A DNA stretch of 32,000 nucleotides from an uncultured archaeon (GTDB lineage Archaea > Asgardarchaeota > Thorarchaeia > Thorarchaeales > Thorarchaeaceae). Below, one piece after another: positions 15,451-24,023 of the stretch. The first letter of the stretch is position 1; the number at the start of each line of letters is the position of its first letter. The position numbers and the translations under genes are program-made. Location: contig CAYHAA010000004.1 in assembly GCA_964354495.1 (NCBI GenBank), positions 60,001 to 92,000 of the forward strand, given 5' to 3'. The notes under the pieces are model-generated. The model was not told the origin of the DNA and ran no database searches. It saw only the letters and a list, made by a program, of their open reading frames with translations.

Positions 15451-17766
15451 CTAGATTTCTGTCTTCCTGCCCTCTTGGGCCTTTCGAGCCTCGCGCCACA
15501 TTATCTCAGCAAGGACAGTGAACATATCTGCGACACCATCGCCCGTCTTAGCAGAGCTCTCCATATAGACGAAGCCCTGATCTTCCGCCCAGCGCTTAGA
15601 TTCATCAGAGGGTACTGCACGATCAGGTAAGTCCGTCTTGTTACCAACACAGACTGTGGGTACGCGAGCACCAACGGACTCATCTGCCTCTTGCACCCAC
15701 TTAGACAACTCTGTGAACGAGCGTCTTCGGGTGACATCGAAGACAATGATAACACCAGCTGCTCCGGAATAGTACATTTTGCGTACTGCCTTGAATCGGG
15801 CCTGGCCAGCAACGTCCCATGCTTGGATTTTGATACCAGTGGCATACTCAGCATCAGGGGGTGATATGTGAGTGAGTTTCACAGCGAACTGAGACCCAAT
15901 AGTGGTCTTGTAGTCACGCTCAAAGGTACCTGTGACATATCGATTGACGAGGGTAGTCTTTCCGACCGCACCTTCTCCAACAACCATTAGTTTGAACAGA
16001 TACTGATATGAATCAGGAGCAGAGCCGGGTCGTGGAGCCTTAGGTCGTCTGTTCCGAATTTCTGTGACGATGGCACTCTCAGTATCACTCGTTTCAACAA
16101 TCGCTGGAGCCACAACAGGAGCAGGCTCAGCCATGAGCTTCTCAACATCGTCAAACTCGGTCATTGCCTTTCTGGACTCATCTGCTCCGAACAATTGGTC
16201 CAAAAGTTCCTCTGCAGCCTTCAGCGAGTCAGTACTGCCCTCTGGCATGGTTTCCTCAAGAATCTTGGCAGCAGCCGCTTTCTGCGCAATATCCTTGAAC
16301 CCTGTACCAACAACCGGCCCGAAGAGAAACTCCTCTTCTATTAGGGTTTCTTTTGCGGAAACAGTGGCAGTGGGCTCGATTGGTACCGGGGGTGTGGCCG
16401 CATGAGCTGCGACAGCTGCGCCCATTTTGACAAGAATAGCGGTTTCTGGTGTGGTGACTTGCCTTACCTGACCAGACACGTCGGTCCACATCAACACAAT
16501 GGGACGAATGATTACGGTCCCCTCTTTCTTTGGATTCAGCTGAATCCCAATGCTCTTGTTCTCTCCAGGAGCTAGGTCAAATCGAAGCTGCTGTGGCTCA
16601 ACATCCATGTCATCTTTCGGAAAGTGATAGATCTTGCCAGCGATACCATTCACCGGTTCATCACTGACGTTATAGACTGTGAGCTTTCCTCGGAGAGCAG
16701 TCCCAGTCTTTGCCTCGGGATTGACCTCAAAGACAGGAATAATCTTGTAAAGACCCTCAAACACCTTGAGAGGTCCATTGGAAACGCCGACCTGTACCTC
16801 TTTCCGTCCGTCGCCTCCTGCGTCACCCACATTGATTGCAAGAATCTTACTTCCGATGTCAATCTCTGAAAGCAGTAAGAGGTCCGCCATGTAAAGACTG
16901 TAGAATCGTACCTTATGATCTTGGGTGGCTACAATAACCTCGTCCAAGTGGTCTGCGTTGATTTCTTGAACCCGCACAGACATGGCATTTACGTTTTCCA
17001 GCTTGGAGAACAGATCGAGTTTACTCTCTTCATTGCGATATACGCGGATAGAACCATCACGTGTGACAACAGCCAATTCCATCTTACGATCGCCAAGCAT
17101 GTCTCCAGACGCCAGGGATACGATCGGACTGGGAAGCTCAAGAACATCAATTTGGTCCAAGGAGTGGTCCCGCACTTTGAAGACTCTCAACGTGTTATCT
17201 CTGTTGCCTGTGACTATCTCATCAATCTCATCGCCATCGACATCACAGATCCCGATTGCTAGGGGCATATCATGGAGTCGGTGCATAGAAAACTGCGTAA
17301 TGTTGTTTTGAGTGTCCATATTGAGTATCCGCAATGTAGAGTCGCTGCCACCGACCATGATCTCATTCTTCTCATCACCGGTCACGTCAGTCACACGGAC
17401 CGTTGTAACGAATCTGTCCACGGCATACTCGCCAAGTATTTCGAACTGACCCTTGAGAGCATACCTGAACACTTGAACTGTACCAGCAATACCTGGTGTC
17501 TCTTTTGGGCCAATAGCACGACCAACTATGACCTCCATCAGCCCATCGTTGTTCGCGTCAGCAATCTCGATAGAGAGGATGCTGCCGCCAACATCGTATT
17601 GAGTAAGGAACAAGATCTCTGCATGATTCGCGCTATATAGCCGGAGGACACCATCACGTCCACCAGTACACAACTCCATTGTTCCAGAACCAGTGACATC
17701 GCCGACTGCAATCGCACTGGTGCTCTGATCGTCTTTTATTTCGAAGAGTGTCTTTGGCGAACCCAA
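15451..17766 (-). CDS. Fusion protein: 7-bladed FG-GAP-like beta-propeller, Ig-like domain, linker and Rab-like small GTPase
   Basis: Seven D(V/A)xGDGxxE-hydrophobic-G-xxD-xx-LR repeats. GTPase domain about 15451-16008 with GEGAVGKT (G1), TIG (G2), WDVAGQ (G3), NKTD (G4), SAK (G5). TTG start. Confidence 0.9.
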   Translation of the reverse strand: MGSPKTLFEIKDDQSTSAIAVGDVTGSGTMELCTGGRDGVLRLYSANHAEILFLTQYDVGGSILSIEIADANNDGLMEVIVGRAIGPKETPGIAGTVQVFRYALKGQFEILGEYAVDRFVTTVRVTDVTGDEKNEIMVGGSDSTLRILNMDTQNNITQFSMHRLHDMPLAIGICDVDGDEIDEIVTGNRDNTLRVFKVRDHSLDQIDVLELPSPIVSLASGDMLGDRKMELAVVTRDGSIRVYRNEESKLDLFSKLENVNAMSVRVQEINADHLDEVIVATQDHKVRFYSLYMADLLLLSEIDIGSKILAINVGDAGGDGRKEVQVGVSNGPLKVFEGLYKIIPVFEVNPEAKTGTALRGKLTVYNVSDEPVNGIAGKIYHFPKDDMDVEPQQLRFDLAPGENKSIGIQLNPKKEGTVIIRPIVLMWTDVSGQVRQVTTPETAILVKMGAAVAAHAATPPVPIEPTATVSAKETLIEEEFLFGPVVGTGFKDIAQKAAAAKILEETMPEGSTDSLKAAEELLDQLFGADESRKAMTEFDDVEKLMAEPAPVVAPAIVETSDTESAIVTEIRNRRPKAPRPGSAPDSYQYLFKLMVVGEGAVGKTTLVNRYVTGTFERDYKTTIGSQFAVKLTHISPPDAEYATGIKIQAWDVAGQARFKAVRKMYYSGAAGVIIVFDVTRRRSFTELSKWVQEADESVGARVPTVCVGNKTDLPDRAVPSDESKRWAEDQGFVYMESSAKTGDGVADMFTVLAEIMWREARKAQEGRKTEI

Positions 17767-17937
17767 GTAAGTTACCTTCTCGTGATATGCTTAGCACACG
17801 ATGTTTATCGAGGACTATAAAGAGACCTCAATATGTATACCTACACCCCTATTCAGGGTGCTTTTTCTACTTTGTGCGCTTAACCTCCTCACTCAGAATA
17901 CAGGTTTAGAGCACAGTATTTAACAGATAATTGATAC

Positions 17938-18759
17938 ATGACCACAATGGATGCAGAAATGTTCAAACTCTCGGTCCGAAATCTGACAAAGGCATATCCA
18001 AATGGCGACTCAGGAGAAACCCAGGTCCTAGATCACATATCCTTTGATGTATCTAAGGGTGAATTCTTGGGTATCGTCGGACCAAGCGGGTGCGGCAAGA
18101 CAACGCTCCTCAAAATCATTGCAGGACTACTCGAGCCTGATCAAGGACAGGTACTCATCGACGGGCAAGAGGTGGAAACAGGTCATAATCGTGTAGGCTA
18201 CATATTCCAACAGGAATCATTGTTTCCTTGGAGGACAGTGAGGCAGAATATCGAGTTCGGCCTGGAGGTAAAGGGAGTCCCAGAAAAGGAGCGAAGAGAG
18301 AAGTCCGACGAGATTATTAAAATCGTGGGAATGGAAGGTCTTGAGAAGAATTACCCGCATGAAATATCTGGAGGCCAAGCAAGGAAGACGGAGATGGCGC
18401 GTAGTCTTGTGGTGTCGCCCGATATACTAGTCGCTGATGAAGCTCTCCTTAATCTCGATGCACAGACCAGAAACTATCTCCAAGAGGAGTTCCTCAGAAT
18501 TCGGGACTTGACTGGGTCGACGATTGTATTCGTTTCCCATAATGTTGATGAAGCAGTCTTCATGTCAGACAGGATTCTAGTACTGAGCAACCTGCCTGCA
18601 AGAGTCATCGCTGAATATAAAGTGGAGATTTCAAGACCTCGAATAAGAACCTCACAGGAGTGCCTCTCCTACCGTAGTAAGATCCTTGATATCCTAAGTA
18701 TTGAACAACAGAAAGCAATGAGTAGATCATTCAGACCGAAACAGTCTGTCTCCACCTGA
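17938..18759 (+). CDS. ABC transporter ATP-binding subunit (NitT/TauT/SsuB type)
   Basis: GPSGCGKT, FQQESLFPWRTV, ISGGQ, ILVADE, VSHNVDEAV. Confidence 0.93.
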   Translation: MTTMDAEMFKLSVRNLTKAYPNGDSGETQVLDHISFDVSKGEFLGIVGPSGCGKTTLLKIIAGLLEPDQGQVLIDGQEVETGHNRVGYIFQQESLFPWRTVRQNIEFGLEVKGVPEKERREKSDEIIKIVGMEGLEKNYPHEISGGQARKTEMARSLVVSPDILVADEALLNLDAQTRNYLQEEFLRIRDLTGSTIVFVSHNVDEAVFMSDRILVLSNLPARVIAEYKVEISRPRIRTSQECLSYRSKILDILSIEQQKAMSRSFRPKQSVST

Positions 18760-19564
18760 GCAAGTATTTCTCAATGTACAGGAAGAGGTAGCTAATGAGG
18801 AAGCCAACCAGGCCGATAAGGAGCATGCTTGCTATGACAGCGCCTGTTTGGCCTATTTGCTGCATAATAAGGACAAGGTAACCAAGTCCGAGCCCACCCC
18901 CAATCATCTCAGCTGCGACAAGACACATCCAACCGATGCCGAAGCCAATTCTGAGACCAGCGAACACCTCTGGTCCTGCTGAGGGAATCACCACTCTTGA
19001 GAGAATGTGCCATTCGGTTGCGCCAAAAGTCTTGGCAACATCAATATGCACGGGCTCTGTTCGTTTGACGCCCGTTGTTGTATTGATGAGAATAGGAAAG
19101 AAAGCTCCGACCCATATGATGAAGACCTGGGCACCCAACATGTTTGAACGGAAGAGAAGTATTGCGAGAGGAATCCACGCAATTGGAGGAATGGGACGCA
19201 TTGCCTCCACAACAGGGCCGAGCACGGAATCGAACAAATGATAGCGTCCTATCAGAATACCCAATGGGATTCCTGTGGCGGCAGCAAATGCAAAGCCAAT
19301 AATCACTCGTGTCAGACTCATCTGTATATGCTCTGACAGGAGATGACCGTCACTATCGCCCACGAGCGCTAGTCTTACTAGAGCATCAACTACATCAAGT
19401 AACGAAGTCTGTGTCAGGTATGCTATGAGCTGCCAGAGCACGATGAGGATGGTGGCGGGTATGATGATTCTAGAAATAATCCACTGAAAAGAACCACGAA
19501 GGTTCTTACGGCCGTGCGTGGCGCCTGTGAACCTAGTATTTTGCTCCGTTTCTGATAGGGACAT
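18731..19564 (-). CDS. ABC transporter permease (NitT/TauT/SsuC type)
   Basis: SLTRVIIGF, RPIPPIAWIPLAIL, EAA-like loop VAKTFGATEWHILSRVVIPSA, LVAAEM. Confidence 0.93.
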   Translation of the reverse strand: MSLSETEQNTRFTGATHGRKNLRGSFQWIISRIIIPATILIVLWQLIAYLTQTSLLDVVDALVRLALVGDSDGHLLSEHIQMSLTRVIIGFAFAAATGIPLGILIGRYHLFDSVLGPVVEAMRPIPPIAWIPLAILLFRSNMLGAQVFIIWVGAFFPILINTTTGVKRTEPVHIDVAKTFGATEWHILSRVVIPSAGPEVFAGLRIGFGIGWMCLVAAEMIGGGLGLGYLVLIMQQIGQTGAVIASMLLIGLVGFLISYLFLYIEKYLLRWRQTVSV

Positions 19565-19588
19565 TCTACTCGGGGCTGCTAGGAGATG

Positions 19589-20611
19589 CTACGCTTTTTT
19601 GTCTATCGTTTCGCTATGCCACAAGTGAAGACCATCAACATAGGTCGTGTTTATGAAAGCATCCAGGAACGCTGAGGTGTCAGAAGGTATCTTCTCTGGA
19701 AGAAGTTGTTCTTCGTCGATAAGAAAATCCAGATAGATCTCTAGCGCAGTTCTATTCACATTATAGTCAAAGATGATGCGATTGAAAGCTGTCGTTACCG
19801 GGCTTTCCTCCATCTCAAGCCAGTCCACAGCAATTGCTATTGCCTCCTCTGTATTGTTCAGAATCCACTCTTCAGCTTCCACATGGATATCTACGACCTT
19901 CTGCACGATATCCGGATGAGCAGTAAGAAACGCGTTATCAGAAGCGACCACACAACAGGGATGACGCGGCCAGATATCGCTCGAGAGAACTAGTGGCACT
20001 GCTTCACCATCATACTCGGCCTTTGCATTGAATGGTTCCCATGCAATGAAGGCAGGATTTTCAGCTGTGAGGAGATCAGCCATGAGGGACGGTTGTGTTG
20101 TCAGTGCCGTGATGTTTGAATAGCTGAGACCAGATTGATTTAGGGCTAGGCGAAGCAGAAAGTTTTGAACCGATGAAGGACCAGGTTGATGGACACCCTT
20201 GCCAACAAGATCACCAATAGTTGTGACGTGCCCAGCATCATATTCTTCTTTTGATACCATTATAGCAGAACCCTCAAGATTCGCCGCAGCCAGAACTGTG
20301 ATTGGAATGTCCTGGTTGATACGCTTCACAATCGCAGGAGCAGCTCCCAAGTAACCCATGTCTATCTGCCCTGCAAGGAACCCATCCATTTCAAGACCTC
20401 CATTACCGTACTGGACAAGCTCCACGGTAAGATTCTCTCGTTCAAATAGGCCGTTCTCCAGAGCTACACGTAGAGCAAGCTGATGGAGGTCCTTGGAGAG
20501 GTAGCCAATTCGCACATCCGGAGTCGGTGTTGGATTCCAGAGAATAACGAATCCGATTGATACAATGACAATGGCAATTACCCCGACTGCAATAGCTTTG
20601 TCTCTTTCCAA
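19589..20611 (-). CDS. ABC transporter substrate-binding protein (SsuA/NrtA type), N-terminal membrane anchor
   Basis: N-terminal TM helix, VRIGYL..LHQLAL, WEPF, WPRHPCCV. TTG start. Confidence 0.9.
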   Translation of the reverse strand: MERDKAIAVGVIAIVIVSIGFVILWNPTPTPDVRIGYLSKDLHQLALRVALENGLFERENLTVELVQYGNGGLEMDGFLAGQIDMGYLGAAPAIVKRINQDIPITVLAAANLEGSAIMVSKEEYDAGHVTTIGDLVGKGVHQPGPSSVQNFLLRLALNQSGLSYSNITALTTQPSLMADLLTAENPAFIAWEPFNAKAEYDGEAVPLVLSSDIWPRHPCCVVASDNAFLTAHPDIVQKVVDIHVEAEEWILNNTEEAIAIAVDWLEMEESPVTTAFNRIIFDYNVNRTALEIYLDFLIDEEQLLPEKIPSDTSAFLDAFINTTYVDGLHLWHSETIDKKA

Positions 20612-20717
20612 CTTTCGATGCCTCTGAGGTCATGAATCGCCAATTCGCATATGAGGGTTGAGAATAAGGCTTCCGGTGCCATCAAGTTGATTAGTACGAG
20701 GGCATTAGGGTTTCAGC

Positions 20718-21092
20718 ATGTCACTCAGAGACCGGATACCAGATCAGTTGAGAATTGGTGATGCAATGATTGGAATCACCATGGAAGAGGACTTGGCTGT
20801 ATTTCCGACGAGTGAATACGTGCTTCTTGAGATCTCCCATAAAGCTGGAAGAGTGAATATTCCGAGGATTGTCAATACACTTCAGGGGCTCGTAAGGGAT
20901 GACCGGAGAATGGTTGCAATCAGGGGATTTGGCTTCAAGGGAATAGGTCTCGCTGTACGTGTCGCTCACGAGCTCAAAATGGGAGAGAAGAAGTTCACCT
21001 ATGAGATGACCTTTGATACGTTCGACGCAACAGACCCGGAGGATAACAGTCCAGTTACAAGTGTGCAAATCATCGTGCTTCCGCCAAAATAG
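20718..21092 (+). CDS. Alba-like (Alba/Rpp20/Rpp25 fold) nucleic-acid-binding protein with N-terminal extension
   Basis: MVAIRGFGFKGIGLAVRVAHELK...TFDTF...VTSVQIIV parallels Alba (V.IKARGRAISKAVDVAE....IGTE....VS.IEI.L). Confidence 0.65.
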   Translation: MSLRDRIPDQLRIGDAMIGITMEEDLAVFPTSEYVLLEISHKAGRVNIPRIVNTLQGLVRDDRRMVAIRGFGFKGIGLAVRVAHELKMGEKKFTYEMTFDTFDATDPEDNSPVTSVQIIVLPPK

Positions 21093-21097
21093 TCACC

Positions 21098-21721
21098 TTG
21101 AGGCAGAATTCCATCGAAAAAGAGCGTGACCATGTGACCAAGCCTTCCAAGGAGATGCGGAATGGGCATCGTGTAAGAACCAGATTGTCAAGGATTCATT
21201 TCCCTGAAGTCTGTCCGGTCTGTTCTGATGGAGCGGAGGATCTTGTGTTTATCACCGTCATGGAGCAACAGCGCCCTGACAGCTATGAAACGACATCGAT
21301 GATCAAGGGAGAAGACAAGGCATCTATAGCACTGGAAATAGCAAGAGGAGCCACTACCTTTCCTGTTCCTACCTGCTTGAGACACGGTGGCAAGAGCGTG
21401 AGGAGTGTCCGAACCAAGCTCGTTGCAGCAGCGGGCTTCTTCATCTTCTTCTATCCGATTCTTTTCTTTCTTCTCCAGATTAATACTGCATTAATCTATT
21501 CAAGGTCTGTGACAGAGCCAGTCGTTGGACTGCTGGTTTTCACCGCTGCTCTTGCCGGTATGTTTCTCTATGGTCTCTTCCCAAGAGCTCTTGAACGAGC
21601 ATTGAAGTTCGAGAATATAGACAGGGCTAAAGACGAAGTGGAAGTCATCATGACAAACAGTGATTACAGAGGAAAATTCATTGAGTTGAATGAGATGTTT
21701 GCGGAGAGTGTGGAAGATTAG
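21098..21721 (+). CDS. Hypothetical membrane protein with putative Zn-binding motifs
   Basis: CPVC and TCLRH motifs, then two TM helices. Start uncertain; a downstream GTG or ATG is possible. Confidence 0.7.
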   Translation: MRQNSIEKERDHVTKPSKEMRNGHRVRTRLSRIHFPEVCPVCSDGAEDLVFITVMEQQRPDSYETTSMIKGEDKASIALEIARGATTFPVPTCLRHGGKSVRSVRTKLVAAAGFFIFFYPILFFLLQINTALIYSRSVTEPVVGLLVFTAALAGMFLYGLFPRALERALKFENIDRAKDEVEVIMTNSDYRGKFIELNEMFAESVED

Positions 21722-21827
21722 GATTGACTGCAGAGCCGGTAGCACTGGATTGATGGATTGGTAATCTTCAAGAAGCCTTGTATTGAGAATACATCGGCAA
21801 TGTTGGAGTAACTGGGAGAGCAACGAC

Positions 21828-23018
21828 ATGAGAATAATATTCATCGCAGTCTTCCTATTGGGTTTCGTCCTGGTTAGCATGGGCTCTTGGACACCTTTCC
21901 AGCAAGTTTGGCAAGACGATGCTCTTCGCAGAGCTGCTGCTCCAAGTCAAGCTACCGAGCCTCTCTGGATTGACGGAAATGCCGAGCTCTCACAACAAAG
22001 CAGAGGAGGCGTTGGAACCAGATCTGAACCGTACATACTCTCGGGGCTGAACATCGTCACGTCGGGTGTCTGTGTCTACATATATGGCACAACAGCATTT
22101 TTCGTCATCAAGGACTCTGAGTTTGAGAGCACTGGTCAACTGGCAGCAGTCATAACATTCGACAGCGTTGAAAACGGAATGATTGAGGGGTGTTATCTGA
22201 GAGGAGGATCGAGTGGCGTGCGATTCGGATTTTCTGTGGACTGCACTATAAGAGAGAGTGTCTGCACTGCCAGCTCCAATGCGATTTCTATAACGAACTC
22301 CTACAACTGCACAGTCAGTGACTGTAGCGTGCACGCCAACAATGTAGGAGTCTTAGTAGCAAATTCGAATAGATCACTGATTGTCGACAGTTCTATCTAC
22401 AGGAATTCCCAAACAGGAGTGCTCATTGGAACCAACTCCTACGCAAGTACTGTTTACCAGAACAGTATTGGTTGGAATGGGTGGAATGGTTCGGGGTACA
22501 CGAACGCATTCGATGGTGGCAACAATACGCAATTCACCAATGGTATTGATAGCGGAAATGCTTGGTCAGACCATAGCGGCTCTGGAGCCTATGATATCCC
22601 GGGCACATCTCTGTCCATCGATGTATTCGCCACAATACTCACGGATGCAGAGAGTCCAACGATGAATGCGCCAGCTGACAGAGTCTTCGATGTGGAGAGC
22701 ACCGGGGAAACCCTGACATGGATAGCAACAGACGATTTCCCCTACTCTTATCTTCTCTCCATCGATGACATCCCTTACGATATCGAAATGTGGGATGGAC
22801 GGGAGATCACTGTTATCCTGGATGGTTTGCCTGCTGGAACGCATATCCTAGTCATGAATGTGACAGATGCGTCGGGCAATGTTGCGAGCGACGAAGTGAC
22901 TGTCACGGCAGTTTCGTTCATGCTTGGGGGCTTGGGAACCGAATGGGTCTTGTGGGGATCCATCCTGACCGTGGGCGTCCTTATTCCAGTCATTGCAATA
23001 ATCAAGAAGATGCAATAG
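21828..23018 (+). CDS. Secreted, membrane-anchored protein with right-handed beta-helix (NosD-like) and Ig-like domain
   Basis: Signal-like N-terminus MRIIFIAVFLLGF, PLWIDGN, GTRSEPYI, parallel beta-helix repeats (NCTVSDCSV, NRSLIVDSSI), GNAWSD, Ig-like LTWIATD, C-terminal TM helix followed by KK. Confidence 0.82.
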   Translation: MRIIFIAVFLLGFVLVSMGSWTPFQQVWQDDALRRAAAPSQATEPLWIDGNAELSQQSRGGVGTRSEPYILSGLNIVTSGVCVYIYGTTAFFVIKDSEFESTGQLAAVITFDSVENGMIEGCYLRGGSSGVRFGFSVDCTIRESVCTASSNAISITNSYNCTVSDCSVHANNVGVLVANSNRSLIVDSSIYRNSQTGVLIGTNSYASTVYQNSIGWNGWNGSGYTNAFDGGNNTQFTNGIDSGNAWSDHSGSGAYDIPGTSLSIDVFATILTDAESPTMNAPADRVFDVESTGETLTWIATDDFPYSYLLSIDDIPYDIEMWDGREITVILDGLPAGTHILVMNVTDASGNVASDEVTVTAVSFMLGGLGTEWVLWGSILTVGVLIPVIAIIKKMQ

Positions 23019-23148
23019 GAAGAACACGAAAAGAGTGAAACTCTGAGTATAGCGACTGACTGATGTTTTGATAGTCATGCCACTAAATACATAAGCAGCC
23101 CACTGAGAGCCTGCCTTGTATCTTCTCCCAACGTAGGTGAAACTGATA

Positions 23149-23724
23149 ATGGCGATGGATTTCGCACGTGGCATAACTGAATTTCGCTGGCATGGTCGCG
23201 GTGGCCAAGGTGTGGTCACGAGCAACCAGATGCTCGGCAAGGCCGCCCTCTCGGAGGGCAACTATATACAAGCATTTCCAGAGTTTGGACCTGAGAGAAC
23301 AGGTGCACCAGTGAGGGCGTTTTTGAGAATTAGTAAGAAACCCATCCAGGTGTATGCTCAAGTGTATGCGCCGGATGTAGTGGTCTGCATCGACCCCTCC
23401 TTACTTGAAGTCGTGAATCCAACCGAGGGATTAAAGGCCGACGGAACCCTCGTACTCAATACCAGCAGCGAGCCAAAGGACATACGCAAGAAGTTTGGCT
23501 TCAAGGGTGGAAAAGTCGTGACTGTTGATGCGAGCAAGATCGCAATGGAGGTCTTAGGGCGTCCATTTTACAACATGCCCACTATGGCTGCAGCAGTCTC
23601 TGGTACAGGTGTTGTGGCAGTGGACACTGTAATTGGAGAGGTCCTTACGCGCTATCCTGGAAAGGTTGGAGACCTGAACAAAGCAGCAATGGAGAGAGCT
23701 ATCAAGGAGGCAAAGATAGGATGA
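23149..23724 (+). CDS. porC: Pyruvate/2-oxoacid:ferredoxin oxidoreductase gamma subunit
   Basis: EFRWHGRGGQGVVT, FPEFGPERTGAPV, PDVVVCIDPSL. Start at ATG 23149 or 23155. Confidence 0.95.
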   Translation: MAMDFARGITEFRWHGRGGQGVVTSNQMLGKAALSEGNYIQAFPEFGPERTGAPVRAFLRISKKPIQVYAQVYAPDVVVCIDPSLLEVVNPTEGLKADGTLVLNTSSEPKDIRKKFGFKGGKVVTVDASKIAMEVLGRPFYNMPTMAAAVSGTGVVAVDTVIGEVLTRYPGKVGDLNKAAMERAIKEAKIG

Positions 23725-24023
23725 GTGAGAAATACAATGAGATACCAATGGCAGGCAATATCATTGAACCAGGCAATGCTATGAGATACAAGACAGGAGG
23801 TTGGCGTGCAGAGAGACCGATTCACAAAGACGAAACCTGCCTCTGGATCAAGAATGGTACGTGTGGTCGTTGCTGGATCTTCTGTCCCGATAATGCGGTC
23901 GTGCTGACCGAGAAAGATGGCAAGTATGCCTATGCCTACAACTATGATTACTGCAAAGGATGCGGGATCTGCTCGAACGAATGCCCCACTGATAGCATCC
24001 ATATGGAGAGTGAGAGTAAATGA
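23721..24023 (+). CDS. porD: Pyruvate/2-oxoacid:ferredoxin oxidoreductase delta subunit (ferredoxin-like)
   Basis: KTGGWRAERP, CGRCWIFCPD, YDYCKGCGICSNECP. Confidence 0.95.
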   Translation: MSEKYNEIPMAGNIIEPGNAMRYKTGGWRAERPIHKDETCLWIKNGTCGRCWIFCPDNAVVLTEKDGKYAYAYNYDYCKGCGICSNECPTDSIHMESESK

